DNA from: an uncultured Chloroflexia bacterium
GTDB taxonomy: Bacteria; Chloroflexota; Limnocylindria; Limnocylindrales; CSP1-4
Length of the DNA: 64,000 nucleotides
Reading direction: 5' to 3'
NCBI GenBank assembly: GCA_963707215.1
Contig: CAVPPB010000001.1
Coordinates: forward strand, 848,780 to 912,779
Positions 50,689-62,218 of the stretch are shown one piece after another. Below the pieces are notes generated by a model. It was not told the DNA's origin, made no database searches, and saw only the letters and a program-made list of their open reading frames with translations. The number at the start of each line of letters is the position of its first letter. The first letter of the stretch is position 1. A program made the position numbers and the translations under genes.

Positions 50689-53600
50689 ATGAAGAAGATC
50701 GTCCTGCTGGTCTGTCTCCTCTCGGTCGGCGGTATCGGCGTCGCTGCAACCCCTGGGGGCGGGATCGAAACGGCTGCCGGGGCCCTGTTCGCGCCTCGGG
50801 CTGCCGCCACTCGCACCGTCGCGCAGGCGCCCACCAGCGACAATCCCCTCGCCCGCGATCTGCGCTGGCGCAACATCGGCCCGGCCAACATGACCGGGCG
50901 CATCGCTGCGGTCGAGGCACTGTCCACCGACCACCGCCACGTGCTGGTGGCGTCGGCGTCGGGTGGGGTCTTCAAGTCGACCAACGCCGGCATCACCTGG
51001 GAAGCGATCTTCGACAACTCGGGCGGCGCCGGCTCGATCGGCGCGGTGGCGATGTTCGAGCCCGATCCCGACATCATCTGGGTGGGCACTGGCGAGGCGG
51101 TCAACCGCAATTCCAGCGGCTGGGGCAACGGCGTGTTCAAAACCACCGACGGCGGACGCACCTGGCAGCACCTCGGCCTCGCCGACACGCACCACATCGC
51201 CGAGATCGCCCTGCATCCGACCGATCCCGACATCGCCTACGTCGCCTCGCCCGGCCACCTGTGGGGGTACTCCGGCGACCGTGGCCTGTTCAAGACCAGC
51301 GACGGCGGGGCTACCTGGACGAAGCTGGGCACCGACGCGCCTGTCGGAGAGGGCGGCCAGACAGGCGGGCTTCCCGACGACGGCCGCACCGGCGCTACCG
51401 AGATCATCATGGATCCCCGCGATCCCGACATTCTCTACGCCGGCATGTACCACCGCCTGCGCCAGCCGGCGACGATGTACTCGGGCGGCCCGAACGGCGG
51501 CATTTTCAAGAGCGCCGACGGCGGCGCCACCTGGCGCAAGCTCACCAACGGCCTGGCCGCCGGTGAGTCCGGCATGATCGACATCTCGATCCACCTGGCG
51601 AACCCCGACATCGTGGTGGCCGCCTACGAGGCCGACGAGAACATTCCCTACGACGCGTCGGTGCCCACCTGGGAGCAGACGCCGGGCACCGGCATCTACA
51701 TCTCGGAGGACGCCGGCGAGTCGTGGAGGTGGATCCTGCGCACCAACAACCGGCCCTTCTACCACGGCCAGGTGCACATCGACCCCAACGACCCCGACCG
51801 TATCTTCTCGGTGGGCCGCACCTTCCAGGTGACGCTCGACGGCGGTGAGACCTGGCGCAACAAGTGGTGGGGCGGCGGCGGCGACGACCACGACTTCTGG
51901 ATGGCCCCTTACGACTCGACGATCTTCTACACCGCTACCGACCAGGGCGTGTATCTCACCGTCGATGACGGCGCCAACGTGCTGTCGTTCGACAACATGG
52001 CGATCGGCCAGTACTACAAGGTCGGCGTCGACATGCGCGATCCTTACTGGGTGGTCGGCGGCCTGCAGGACAACGCGCTGTGGATGGGTCCGAGCAACTC
52101 GCGCGAGACCCGCGGCATCCTCAACATGCACAACACCTGGTTGGGCGAGGGCGACGGCTTCGCCTTTCTCGTCGACCCGACCGATTACCGGGTGATCTAT
52201 CTGGTGAACCACGTCGGCTTCGCCATGCGCCTCAACGTCGAGACGCGTGAATCGACGTTCATCACGCCGACGCCCGAGACGGTGGTGAACTTCGCCGACT
52301 TCTCCGATCCCGGCTACGAGGAGACCCAGATCGACTACACCATCGATCCGGGCGAGCACTGGTTCCGTTACGGCCGGCCGCTGCGGCCGCTGCTGCCGGC
52401 GCAGTTCCGCTTCAACTGGAACAGCCCGCTGACCATGTCGCCTTCCAACCCGCGCACGCTGTACTTCGGCGGCAACCACCTTTTCAAGTCGGTCGATCGC
52501 GGCGACAGCTGGCGCATCATCAGCCCCGACCTCACCACCAACGACCCCGAGCTACGCAATCCGTCCGGGCAGGGCGGTCTCACGGTGGAGGTCACCGGCG
52601 GTGAGAACCACTTCACGATCTTCACGGTGCGCGAGTCGCCGCTCGATCCTGCGCTGGTGTGGGTCGGCACCGATGACGGCAACGTGCAGATCACGCGCGA
52701 CGGCGGCGCCAGCTGGACCAATGTGCGCGACAACCTGCCGGGGGTTTCCGGCGAGGTCTGGGTCAACCGCGTCGAGCCGTCGCACCATGACGGCGCCACC
52801 GCCTACGTGGTGCTCGACAACCATCGCCTCGACGACATGGACCCGCACGTTTTCGTTACCAACGACTTCGGCGCCAGCTTCAGAGACATCACCGGCAACC
52901 TGCCCGACGGCATCGGCTCCTACGTGATCAACGAGGACCCGGTGAACGCGAACCTGCTGTTCGTCGGTACCGAGTTCGGCGTCTACGCCAGCGATCGACG
53001 GCGGCATCGACTGGTTCAAGCTGTCATCCGGCATGCCCGACGTCGCCGTGCGCGACCTGCTGATCCACCCGCGCGAGGCCGACCTCGTCGCCGGCACCCA
53101 CGGCCGCGCCATCTGGATCCTCGACGACATCACCCCGCTAAGGCAGATGACGCGCGAGGTGTCGAGCTCGGCGGTCCACTTGTTCGACAACAAGACCGCG
53201 ACCAAGTGGGTAAGCATCAACTTGGGTCGCAAGCAGACAAGCTTCCTGTTCCGCGGCGCCAACCCCCCCGCGGGTGCGGCGATCAACTTCTGGCTGCGCG
53301 AGGCGCCGCAAGGCGACGTCACCCTCGAGGTCTCGGAGCTCGTCGGCGATCGCGTCGCCGAGGTGCGTCTCGGCGGCGGCGGGGGCTTCCGCGGCGGCCG
53401 CGGCGGCCGCGGTAGTGCCGGCGGCGGCCGGGGCGGTGGTGTTGCGGGCGGCCGGGGTGGTACCGGCCCTGGGGGCCCGCAGGCCGGCATTACCCGCGCC
53501 TACTGGAACTTCCAGTTTGCTTCGACCGAAGACGAGCGCGCCGCCATGAACGAGCGCCTCGTCAACGCCGTCAATTTCCTCGACGACCGAGTCATCGAAG

Positions 53601-53863
53601 AAGACAAACGGCAGCAGCTCGGGCGCATGCGGGTGCTGCTCGGCGACGCCGACAACGACGGCGCCCTCAACCGCGTCCGCGACGAGCTGGCCGCCGGCTT
53701 CAACGGCTACGCCGACGGCAGGACGCTGTTCGGTCCGCAGATCGGTTCCACAACGGCGGCGGCGGGAACCTATCGCGTCACGCTCACCGTGGACGGCCAG
53801 GCCTACGAGGGCAGCATCACCGTACGCGAGGACCCGTTGGTGGCGGAGCACGGCGGCAGGTAA
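50689..53863 (+). CDS. BNR/Asp-box (VPS10/sortilin-like) glycosyl-hydrolase-type protein; frameshift ~52992
   Basis: Signal peptide; WRNIGPANMTGRI; many S/T-x-D-G-G-x-T/S-W Asp boxes; GGLQDN; AGTHGRAIWILDD in the second frame. Confidence 0.88.
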
Positions 53864-53983
53864 CTCGGTTTCCGTTCGAAGATGCCAACACCTGCTTATG
53901 GCAAGATGATGGACGGCAGCGTTCGCTTCCGGTCCGTGCTGGAGATCGCCTCGGAGTAGGCGCGCCCGGCCAACCAGGTTCCT

Positions 53984-55066
53984 GTGGTCCACTACCTGCT
54001 TGCCTTTATCCTGTTGCTGTCGCCGCAGAGCGGCGACGGCCCCTACGATCTCGCCTTCGACGAGGTCCGGGACGGCGTGTGGATGGTCTATCGACCGGAT
54101 CCCTATCGCTCGCCGGTGTTCGGCAACGTCACCATCATCATCACGCAGCAGGACGTCGTCGTGGTGGACGCGGGGTCTTCGCCGCGCGCCGCCCGCAAGA
54201 TCATCGACAAGATCCGCACGCTCACCGACCTGCCGGTCAGCACGCTGATCAACACCCACGGGCACGAAGATCACATACTCGGCAACCAGATCTTCGCCGA
54301 GGTCTACCCGGAGCTGCAGATCGTTTCGCGTCCCGGGACCCGTGAGTATCTCGACAGCGGCCCGGTGCGAATGCGCGTGCGCAGTTTCGCGCGCGAGATG
54401 GATTCTGCCCAGGAGGCGGGACGGAGGGAGATCGCGCGGGTTACGCGCCGTGGCCTCAACGGCGACGACCAGGTGGCCGAGAATCTCCGTCGCTACTACG
54501 AGCAGGACATCTACGCGGTTCGCAACGAGTATCGGGGCGTGCGCGTCACCCCGCCGCAACGCGTCTTCGAAGGGCGGATGGTGCTCGAACGCCCGGGCCG
54601 CACGATCGAGTTGCTCGACCTCGGCTTCGGTAAGTCAGGCTCGGACGTCGTCGTCTTGCTGCCGGAGGACCGGCTCGTGATTGCCGGCGACGTCGTCACC
54701 TACCCCATCCCCTACGGGTTTGCGCGGCTGCAAACCGAATGGTTGAAGTCGCTCGAGCGACTGCGGGAGCTCGACTACGACGACGTCATCCCGGGGCACG
54801 GTGGGCGGCTCGTAGACAAAGACTACGTCGGCAAGGTCATCGACCTGGTCGAGTTCGAGATCGATGCGGTGCGCGATACCGTGCGCTCGGGGCGCGACGC
54901 CGACAGCGCCGCCTGGGACATCACGTTCGCCGGCTGGGCCGAGCGGTTCGTCGGCAAGGATCCCCTCGGCCTGTACTACTTCAACGAGTGGTTCGTGAAA
55001 CCGGCGGTGGCGCGGGCCCACGCCGAGCTGTCGGAATCCCGAGCCATCGACGCGGGCCGCTGGTAA
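53984..55066 (+). CDS. MBL-fold metallo-hydrolase
   Basis: VVVDAG, INTHGHEDHILGN, IAGDVV, IPGHG. Confidence 0.88.
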   Translation: MVHYLLAFILLLSPQSGDGPYDLAFDEVRDGVWMVYRPDPYRSPVFGNVTIIITQQDVVVVDAGSSPRAARKIIDKIRTLTDLPVSTLINTHGHEDHILGNQIFAEVYPELQIVSRPGTREYLDSGPVRMRVRSFAREMDSAQEAGRREIARVTRRGLNGDDQVAENLRRYYEQDIYAVRNEYRGVRVTPPQRVFEGRMVLERPGRTIELLDLGFGKSGSDVVVLLPEDRLVIAGDVVTYPIPYGFARLQTEWLKSLERLRELDYDDVIPGHGGRLVDKDYVGKVIDLVEFEIDAVRDTVRSGRDADSAAWDITFAGWAERFVGKDPLGLYYFNEWFVKPAVARAHAELSESRAIDAGRW

Positions 55067-55117
55067 GCTCTCGCCAGTCTCTCCTACGGTATGTGGGTCG
55101 ACACGAGAGCGACGGCC

Positions 55118-56359
55118 ATGGACCTCGAAATTGCCCGCACTATCGGCGAGGCGCTCGCCATCGGCGTGCTCGTCGGCGCCGAGCGCTATCGTGGGCGCTC
55201 GCCCGGTGAACAGTCGCCCGCCGGCGTGCGCACCTTCGCCGCTATCGGACTGCTCGGTGGGGTTTGCGCCGCCGTCGACCACGTCGCCGTCGCCGTCATT
55301 ACCTTCGCCGCCATTGCCGTGCTGATCGCTATCGCTTACGGTCGCGAGTCCAGGGAGCACGTCGGGCTCACCACCGAGGTCGCGGCGCTGCTCACCTTCT
55401 GGCTCGGCTATCTGGCCCGCAGCTACGAGACTGCGGCAATCGGCACCGGCATCGTGCTGGCGATACTGCTGGCTTCGAAGCGTCCGATGCACGATTTCGT
55501 CAAGGGCAAGATCAGCGATATCGAGTTCTTCGATACGCTCAAGTTCCTCGCCGTGGTGTTCGTCATCTACCCGCTGCTGCCCGATCGGTGGATGGGGCCG
55601 TACGATTTCTTCAACCCTCGTCAGGCGTGGACATTCGTCGTCCTCTTTTCGGCCATCGGCTACGCCGGATATCTCCTCATCCGCATGTTCGGCGCCGGGC
55701 GCGGCCTGTTCGGATCCGCGCTCATGGGCGGTTTGGCATCGACACCGGCGGTCACGGTGGCGATGGCGCAGCACGCGCGTAAGAACCCCGAGCACTCGCG
55801 CTTGATCTCGGCCGCCGCGGTGCTCGGCAACACCATGCAGTTCCCACGATTGCTGCTGCTTCTGCTCGTCGTTGACGAGTCACTCGCGGCGCTGATCGCC
55901 CCGATGCTGTTGCTGATGTTCGGAGTCGGGACCGTCGGCGCCTGGATCGTCGGGACGGCGTGGCGGGATCAGCAGGGCGACTCCGGCTTCGAGATGCAGC
56001 TACGCAACCCGTTCTCGTTTCTTCCGGCGCTGCGCTTCGGTGCTTTTCTCGTTGCCTTTTCGTTGCTTTCGCGCCTGGCGCTCTCTTTCTGGGGCGAAAC
56101 CGGCGTACAGCTCGCCGCAGGATTGACCGGCTTGGTCAACGTCAGCGTCGTTGCCCTGTCGTTGCCACCGCTCGCGGCAAGCGCGTCGCTGACCCCCACA
56201 GGCGCCGCCGGCGTCCTGCTGCTCGCGATCGCCGCAAACGCTCTGACCAAGTGGTTACTGGCGCTGGCCAACGGAACCCGCAGCATGGCCTGGTGGCTCG
56301 CGGGCGGATTGGTGTCGATGGTCGCGGCCGGCGCCGCCTACCTGCTGGTGGTGACCTGA
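55118..56359 (+). CDS. MgtC/SapB-DUF4010 family membrane protein
   Basis: GVLVGAER, AGVRTF, GLTTEVA, YPLLPD..GP...NP, GGLAST.AVT. Confidence 0.88.
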   Translation: MDLEIARTIGEALAIGVLVGAERYRGRSPGEQSPAGVRTFAAIGLLGGVCAAVDHVAVAVITFAAIAVLIAIAYGRESREHVGLTTEVAALLTFWLGYLARSYETAAIGTGIVLAILLASKRPMHDFVKGKISDIEFFDTLKFLAVVFVIYPLLPDRWMGPYDFFNPRQAWTFVVLFSAIGYAGYLLIRMFGAGRGLFGSALMGGLASTPAVTVAMAQHARKNPEHSRLISAAAVLGNTMQFPRLLLLLLVVDESLAALIAPMLLLMFGVGTVGAWIVGTAWRDQQGDSGFEMQLRNPFSFLPALRFGAFLVAFSLLSRLALSFWGETGVQLAAGLTGLVNVSVVALSLPPLAASASLTPTGAAGVLLLAIAANALTKWLLALANGTRSMAWWLAGGLVSMVAAGAAYLLVVT

Positions 56360-56404
56360 GCCGAAGCGGAGCTCTTCTGAAACGAAGCGGCGCCCTGCCG
56401 CGCG

Positions 56405-56491
56405 CTAGGAGAGGTTGGCGATCACCCAAACGAGAGCGGCGATTGCCGTCGTGGCCATCATTACGACCTTTTGGCGTTCAATATCCGTCAT
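56405..56491 (-). CDS. Putative 28-aa membrane peptide
   Basis: MTDIERQKVVMMATTAIAALVWVIANLS*; GGAAGG RBS-like sequence upstream. Confidence 0.35.
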   Translation of the reverse strand: MTDIERQKVVMMATTAIAALVWVIANLS

Positions 56492-56658
56492 GGCGTCGGG
56501 TCCTTCCGGCCGGGCTGCCGGCCGATCCTGGCGGGAAGCGCGTATATCCTTACGACGCACGGGCGCCCCTTCAGGTTGCGTCGGCAGAGAAGAAAGAGAC
56601 AAATACCGTCCCGGGTCATCGACTTGATGATCCCGGCCGCATGGAGTTTGCTGTCGGT

Positions 56659-57936
56659 ATGAGAATCCGCCACGTTGCTCCGTTGATCGTCATCTCCGGC
56701 GCGGCTCTGCTCGCCGCGACGGCCACTGCACAGCAAACCACCACCGTGTTGCGCCCGGATCGTGTCTTCGACGGTGAAGCCCTGCACCCCGGCTGGGTCG
56801 TGGTGGTTTCCGGAGACCGTATAACCGCCGCTGGGCCGGAGGCCGATGTCGACGTCCCCAACGGCGCCGAGGAGATCGTCCTGCGGGGTCTGACGCTCTT
56901 GCCCGGTCTCATCGAGGGCCACTCCCACGTCCTTCTGCACCCCTACGACGAGACGCCGTGGAACGACCAGGTTCTGCACGAGTCTCTCGCTGAGCGCACG
57001 GCGCGCGCCGTCAATCACGTGCGCGACACGCTGATGGCGGGGGTCACGACGATCCGTGATCTCGGAACCGAGGGAGCAGGCTACGCCGACGTCGGCATCA
57101 AGGCAGCGATCGAGAAGGGGGTGATTCCCGGCCCGCGGATGATCGTCACCACGCGCGCCATCGTCGCCACCGGTAGCTACGGCCCCACGGGCGCGCCGGA
57201 GTTCACCTTTCCCAAGGGAGCGGAAGCCGCGGACGGTTACGACGACCTGGTGCGGGTGACGCGTGATCAGATCGGCCACGGCGCCGACTGGATCAAGGTT
57301 TATGCCGACTACCGTTGGGGGGCAGACGGCTCCGCTCAGCCCACGTTTACCGAGCAAGAGCTGCGAACCATCGTCGAGGTGGCGGCCAGCTCCGGCCGCT
57401 ACGTGGTCGCTCACGCGTCCACCACAGAGGGAATGCGCCGAGCCATCGAGGCGGGCGTACGGACGATCGATCACGGCGACGGCGGCACGCGGGAGATCTT
57501 CGAGCTGATGGCCGATCGCGGTGTTCCTCTGTGCCCGACCCTGGCCGCCGGTCACGCGACGACCCAGTACGGCGGCTGGCGTCCCGGGGTAGACCCGGAA
57601 CCGGTGCGCATCCGCAGAAAGCGCGAAAGCTTCGCCCTGGCGCTCGAGGTCGGCGTACCGATCTGCTTCGGCGGAGACGTCGGCGTCTACCCGCATGGAG
57701 ACAACGTCCGCGAGCTGGAGCTCATGGTCGAGTACGGCATGGAGGCCGGTGCGGCCGTACGCGCGGCGACCAGCCAAAACGCACGCTTCTTCGACATCGC
57801 CGACCGCGTCGGCGCCGTGCGCGCCGGGATGCTCGCCGACCTGATCGCCGTCGAAGGTGACCCGACAACCGACATCTCCTCCCTTCGCAGCGTCCGCCTC
57901 GTCATGAAAGGCGGCGAGATCTACAAGAGACCCTGA
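56659..57936 (+). CDS. Amidohydrolase (Xaa-Pro dipeptidase-like)
   Basis: Signal peptide; PGLIEGHSH, GVTTIRDLG, GADWIKVY, VAHA, IDHG, GGDVGV.PHG, ADLIAVEGDP. Confidence 0.9.
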   Translation: MRIRHVAPLIVISGAALLAATATAQQTTTVLRPDRVFDGEALHPGWVVVVSGDRITAAGPEADVDVPNGAEEIVLRGLTLLPGLIEGHSHVLLHPYDETPWNDQVLHESLAERTARAVNHVRDTLMAGVTTIRDLGTEGAGYADVGIKAAIEKGVIPGPRMIVTTRAIVATGSYGPTGAPEFTFPKGAEAADGYDDLVRVTRDQIGHGADWIKVYADYRWGADGSAQPTFTEQELRTIVEVAASSGRYVVAHASTTEGMRRAIEAGVRTIDHGDGGTREIFELMADRGVPLCPTLAAGHATTQYGGWRPGVDPEPVRIRRKRESFALALEVGVPICFGGDVGVYPHGDNVRELELMVEYGMEAGAAVRAATSQNARFFDIADRVGAVRAGMLADLIAVEGDPTTDISSLRSVRLVMKGGEIYKRP

Positions 57937-57939
57937 GCC

Positions 57940-58383
57940 ATGGCCGGGGAATGCGAGAGGTTGCAGGTACGCGGCATCATCGAGACGACTCTTGGCTGTC
58001 CCGACCTCGACGCCGCCGAAGCTTTCTACACCGACGTTCTCGGCTTCGACGTGTTCGCGAAGGACGAAGGCCGCCATCTCTTCTTCCGCTGCGGGGACGC
58101 TATGTTCTTGCTATTCAACCCACAACACACGTCCCTCAATGTCACTGAGGTGGCCGGCGCTCGCATGCCGTTGCACGGCACCACCGGCGCCGGGCACGTC
58201 GCTTTTCGCGCCCCTGAAGTGGAGCTCGACCAGTGGAAACGGCACCTGCTCGAGCACGGGGTAGAGATCGAGTCCGAGATCAACTGGCCGGAGGGCGGTC
58301 GTTCGATCTTCTTTCGCGATCCCGCCGGCAACTGCCTCGAGTTCACGACCCCCATCACCTGGGGACTCGTCGACGAGAACTGA
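57940..58383 (+). CDS. VOC/glyoxalase family protein
   Basis: DLDAAEAFY..VLG, HGTTGAGHVAF, GGRSIFFRDPAGNCLE. Confidence 0.9.
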   Translation: MAGECERLQVRGIIETTLGCPDLDAAEAFYTDVLGFDVFAKDEGRHLFFRCGDAMFLLFNPQHTSLNVTEVAGARMPLHGTTGAGHVAFRAPEVELDQWKRHLLEHGVEIESEINWPEGGRSIFFRDPAGNCLEFTTPITWGLVDEN

Positions 58384-58385
58384 AC

Positions 58386-59228
58386 GTGCAATTCGACGTC
58401 TACGCCGACCTCGACCACCTCTACATGATCAACTTCTCCGTCGACGCCTCGCGTCTCGCACGGCTCGTGCCGGCGCCTTTGCGCGTCCTGCAGAAGCGCG
58501 GGCGCGGCTTGCCGTCGATCGTGCTGCCGTGCATCAAGCGCCTGCGACCAGCGGTGACACGCTTTCCGGCGGTCGACTACGAGCTGTGCGGATTGCGCAT
58601 CCTGGTGGAGTACGACTCGGCCGTGACCGGCGTGACGAAGGGTGTTTACTTCGCCCGCCTGATCATCGACCCGGGCTGGCTGCGGCGCATCGCCAACGTG
58701 GTCACGGCGTTCGATTTCGAGCCCGGACAGATTGAGAAGCAAGTGTCCGGCGCCGACGTACTGGCGGCCCGCGGCACCGAGACGATGACGGGGAGTGGTC
58801 ACGCCTGCGAAGTAGAGGTCCGGCAGTACGGTGGAGATTTTCTGCGAGCGAGCGTGAGCGTCGATCCCAACGCCCCGCAGCGGCTGAGACCCGGATCTGT
58901 CTTCATCGACCTCGATGAGGCAGCGGCGACTTACAGCGACCTTTCCTATGGGTTTATCCCCGTCGCCGACGGCCGCGAGGTGAGGATCCTGCAAATCGGG
59001 GACCCCCATCCCGACTACGTCGCCTGGCCCCTTGTCCCCCTCAACGTGGAAGATGCGTGGGTCCACGCGCTGCATGAAGACAGCCGGTTCGCCGGCGCGG
59101 CGATTACCCTGGAACCCTCGTACTACGTCGGCTCGCTACCGCGTTACTGGCGCTGGCAGGCCAGCGAGCGCGTGCCGATGCGCGTCGCGAGGGTGGCCCG
59201 CGTGCCGGAGACGGAGTCCGTGACCTGA
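58386..59228 (+). CDS. DUF2071/acetoacetate-decarboxylase-like protein
   Basis: INFSVD..RLARLVP, LRILVEY, KGVYF; GTG start just after the VOC stop. Confidence 0.55.
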   Translation: MQFDVYADLDHLYMINFSVDASRLARLVPAPLRVLQKRGRGLPSIVLPCIKRLRPAVTRFPAVDYELCGLRILVEYDSAVTGVTKGVYFARLIIDPGWLRRIANVVTAFDFEPGQIEKQVSGADVLAARGTETMTGSGHACEVEVRQYGGDFLRASVSVDPNAPQRLRPGSVFIDLDEAAATYSDLSYGFIPVADGREVRILQIGDPHPDYVAWPLVPLNVEDAWVHALHEDSRFAGAAITLEPSYYVGSLPRYWRWQASERVPMRVARVARVPETESVT

Positions 59229-59320
59229 CCTCACGAGTCGATCCGAACGCCGTGCCGGGTTAGATTCTCGCCTTCGGGTGCTCCGACCTCGTGCGGCACC
59301 GCAACTCCTGAGCTGTAATC

Positions 59321-60391
59321 ATGGAACTCGGTCTCATTGGCTTGCCGAACTCCGGCAAGACCACCGTCTTCAACGCCATCACGCGAGCCGACGTCGCCGT
59401 CTCCGGCTACTCGAACCGCAAGGCAGAGCCCAACGTCGCCATCGTCGAGGTCGACGACCCACGCGTCGACCGTCTCGCCGAGATCTACGCGCCCAAGAAG
59501 ACCGTCTACGCCACGGTGACGTTCATCGATTTTGCCGGTGTGGCGCGCGACGAGTCTTCGGGCGGGGAGCTGTTCTCGGCCGAGACCATGGGGCGGGTCA
59601 AGAACGTCGACGCGCTCGCCTACGTGGTACGGAATTTCCCCGATCCGAGCCAAGGCGACCCCGACCCTCTGCGCGACGTCGAGAGTCTCGACGATGAGCT
59701 GCTGCTCGCCGACCTCATCGTCGCCGAGAAGCGCCTCGAACGCATTGCCGAAGCGGAACGCAAGGCCATCGCCACCCACGAGGTGAAGATGCAGGGCAAG
59801 GCTCTGCGTCGTGTACACGAGCAGCTCGAGGCGGGGGGCGCGATCCGCGACGTAGAGCTGACAAAGGACGAGGCCACCGCCATCAGGGGCTTTCAGTTCC
59901 TCACCCAGAAACCGGTGTTGGTGATCGTCAACTCGGCGGAGTCCTCCTTCGGCCAGAACCAACAAGTCGTCGACGAGATCGGCAAGAAGCACCGCGTCAT
60001 CGAGCTCGCCGGCTCCTTCGAGATGGAGCTCGCCCAGCTCGACGAAGAAGAGGCGCTGGCGTTCCGTGAAGACATGGGCATCGAGTCGTCGGCGCTCTCG
60101 CGGCTTACCCGGTTGGCGCACGAAGTAGTCGGCTACATCAGCTTCTTCACCGCCGGCCCGAAGGAAGTCCACGCCTGGAACGTTCGACTCGGCGACGACG
60201 CCGTCGCCGCCGCCGGCGCCATACACACGGACCTGGCCCGCGGCTTCATCCGCGCCGAGCGCTTCACCTACGACGAGATCGTCGAGCACCGCACCGAAAA
60301 AGCGCTCAAGGATCTCGGCCTGGTCCGCCTCGAGGGCAAGGACTACAAGGTGCAGGACGGCGACATCCTGGTGATCCGATTCTCGGTCTGA
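59321..60391 (+). CDS. ychF: Redox-regulated ribosome-binding ATPase YchF
   Basis: GLPNSGKTT, DFAG, LTQKP, FFTAGPKEVHAW, AGAIHTDLARGFIRAE, EGKDYKVQDGD. Confidence 0.95.
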   Translation: MELGLIGLPNSGKTTVFNAITRADVAVSGYSNRKAEPNVAIVEVDDPRVDRLAEIYAPKKTVYATVTFIDFAGVARDESSGGELFSAETMGRVKNVDALAYVVRNFPDPSQGDPDPLRDVESLDDELLLADLIVAEKRLERIAEAERKAIATHEVKMQGKALRRVHEQLEAGGAIRDVELTKDEATAIRGFQFLTQKPVLVIVNSAESSFGQNQQVVDEIGKKHRVIELAGSFEMELAQLDEEEALAFREDMGIESSALSRLTRLAHEVVGYISFFTAGPKEVHAWNVRLGDDAVAAAGAIHTDLARGFIRAERFTYDEIVEHRTEKALKDLGLVRLEGKDYKVQDGDILVIRFSV

Positions 60392-60411
60392 TGATCTGAA
60401 GATATGGAGGA

Positions 60412-62218
60412 GTGGTGCAGCCAGGTGCCGTTCTGGGGACTTACGAGATCGTCGGACTGCTCGGTAGGGGCGGTATGGGCAGTGTCTACCGCGCCCGCGA
60501 CACCAAGCTTGGCCGTGAGGTCGCGATCAAGGTGCTCCTTGGCGACCTCACTGGTGATCCCACGTTTCTCGCCCGTTTCGAGCGCGAGGCGAAGATACTG
60601 GCCTCGATCAACCATCCCAACATCGCCACCATCTTCGGCTTCGAAGACGCAGGCGGGGTGCCCTACCTCGTGCTGGAGTACCTCGAGGGGCAGACGCTCG
60701 ATCGCCGCCTGCGAGACGGGCCTCTCGCCGCCGATGAGGCCCTGCGCATGGGTATCCAGGTTGCGCGTGCGGTCGAGGCGGCGCACGAGAAAGATATCGT
60801 TCACCGCGACCTCAAGCCTTCGAATGTGATGTTGTGCCCCAGGGACGTCGTCAAGGTCCTCGACTTCGGCATCGCCAAGACCTTTCACGGCGGCGACCAC
60901 GAGGCGACGAGCCGGGGGACGCACGCCGCCGACCTCACCGAGACCGGCGCCCTGATCGGCACGGCGCCCTACATGAGCCCGGAGCAGATTCGTGCCCGCG
61001 CGGTGGACCGCCGCACCGACGTGTGGGCATTCGGCTGCCTCATGTTCGAAGCGTTGACCGGATCGGCGCCTTTCAGCCGCGAAACGGTGGCGGACACACT
61101 GGCCGCTATCCTCGAGCACGAGCCCAGGTGGGACACGCTACCCGCCGACGCCCCGCGCGGCGTCGAGCGTGTGCTGCGACGCTGCCTGCAGAAGGATGCA
61201 GACCGACGGGCCCGAGATCTTTGGGACCTTCGTCTGGAGCTCGAAGAGGCCCTCAGCGGCAGCAAACCGACCGGCGAGGTGCTGACGCAACCGGCTCCGG
61301 GCGCCGTCGCTTTGCCCGACGCGCCACCGGCCGCCGTCGAGGGTCGAGCTTCCGCGGAGGTCGGGCGCCACGAGGGCCTCACACGGGGCGAGCGGCGCCA
61401 GGTGACGTTGTTGACCTCTTCGATCGCCGGGTCCGGAACCCTGATCGAACATCTCGCCCCCAGCGACGCCGAGGCATTGCTGAACGATATTCAGGCCGCA
61501 GCCCGGCAAGTCGTCGAGAGCCATGGCGGCATCATCAATCGCACCGGAGCGGACGCCTTTTCGGCGCTGTTCGGTGTTCCCACCGCCAGCGAAGACGATG
61601 CACCACGCGCCGTCCGCGCCGCCCTCGAGTTACACCGGCGCGTCCGTGCACTCACCGAAGACGTCGCGCGGCGAGTGGGAGAAACTATCGGACTGCAAAC
61701 CGCGGTGCATTCGGGCACCGTCGTCGCGCACGCATCGCAGTCGGACGACGAACGCTACAGCATCACGGGTTCCCCGGTGCAGCTTGCCGACCGCCTTTGT
61801 GCCGAGGCGGCGCCCGACGAGATCCTGATCAGCGCCGAGTGTCACCGCGTCGCCGGGCCGTTCTTCGAGGTCGAGGAACAGGAGCCCATCGCTCTGCGCG
61901 GGAGCAAAGAGGCCCTGTCGTCGTACCGGGTGACCGGCGTTTCGAGCCGCCGTAGCCGCCTGGAGAGCGCCGCCCAGTTAGGCCTGACCGAATACACGGG
62001 CCGCGAGGCCGAGCTCGATACCCTGCGCGAATTGTTCAACGAAGCGGCGGCGGGGGCCGGCCGCCTGGTCACTGTCGAGGGCGAGGCGGGTGCCGGCAAG
62101 AGTCGTCTGCTGTACGAGTTCTGCCACGGCCCCGACGGCGGTCGCGCGCGCATGATTCAGGGGAGGTGCCGCGCCGACAGCGCCGGGGTCTCGTACCTTC
62201 CTTTCATCGAGGCCATTG
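60412..62218 (+). CDS. Ser/Thr kinase - class III cyclase-like - AAA ATPase fusion, truncated at apparent junction
   Basis: LGRGGMG, VAIK, HRDLKPSN, DFG, GTAPYMSPEQ; GERRQVT...ALFGVP..EDDA.RAV; GREAEL, GEAGAGKSRL. Confidence 0.9.

Noticed and set aside
53365-53480. GGC-rich repeat tract
   Set aside because: It encodes a Gly/Arg-rich low-complexity loop within the BNR protein.
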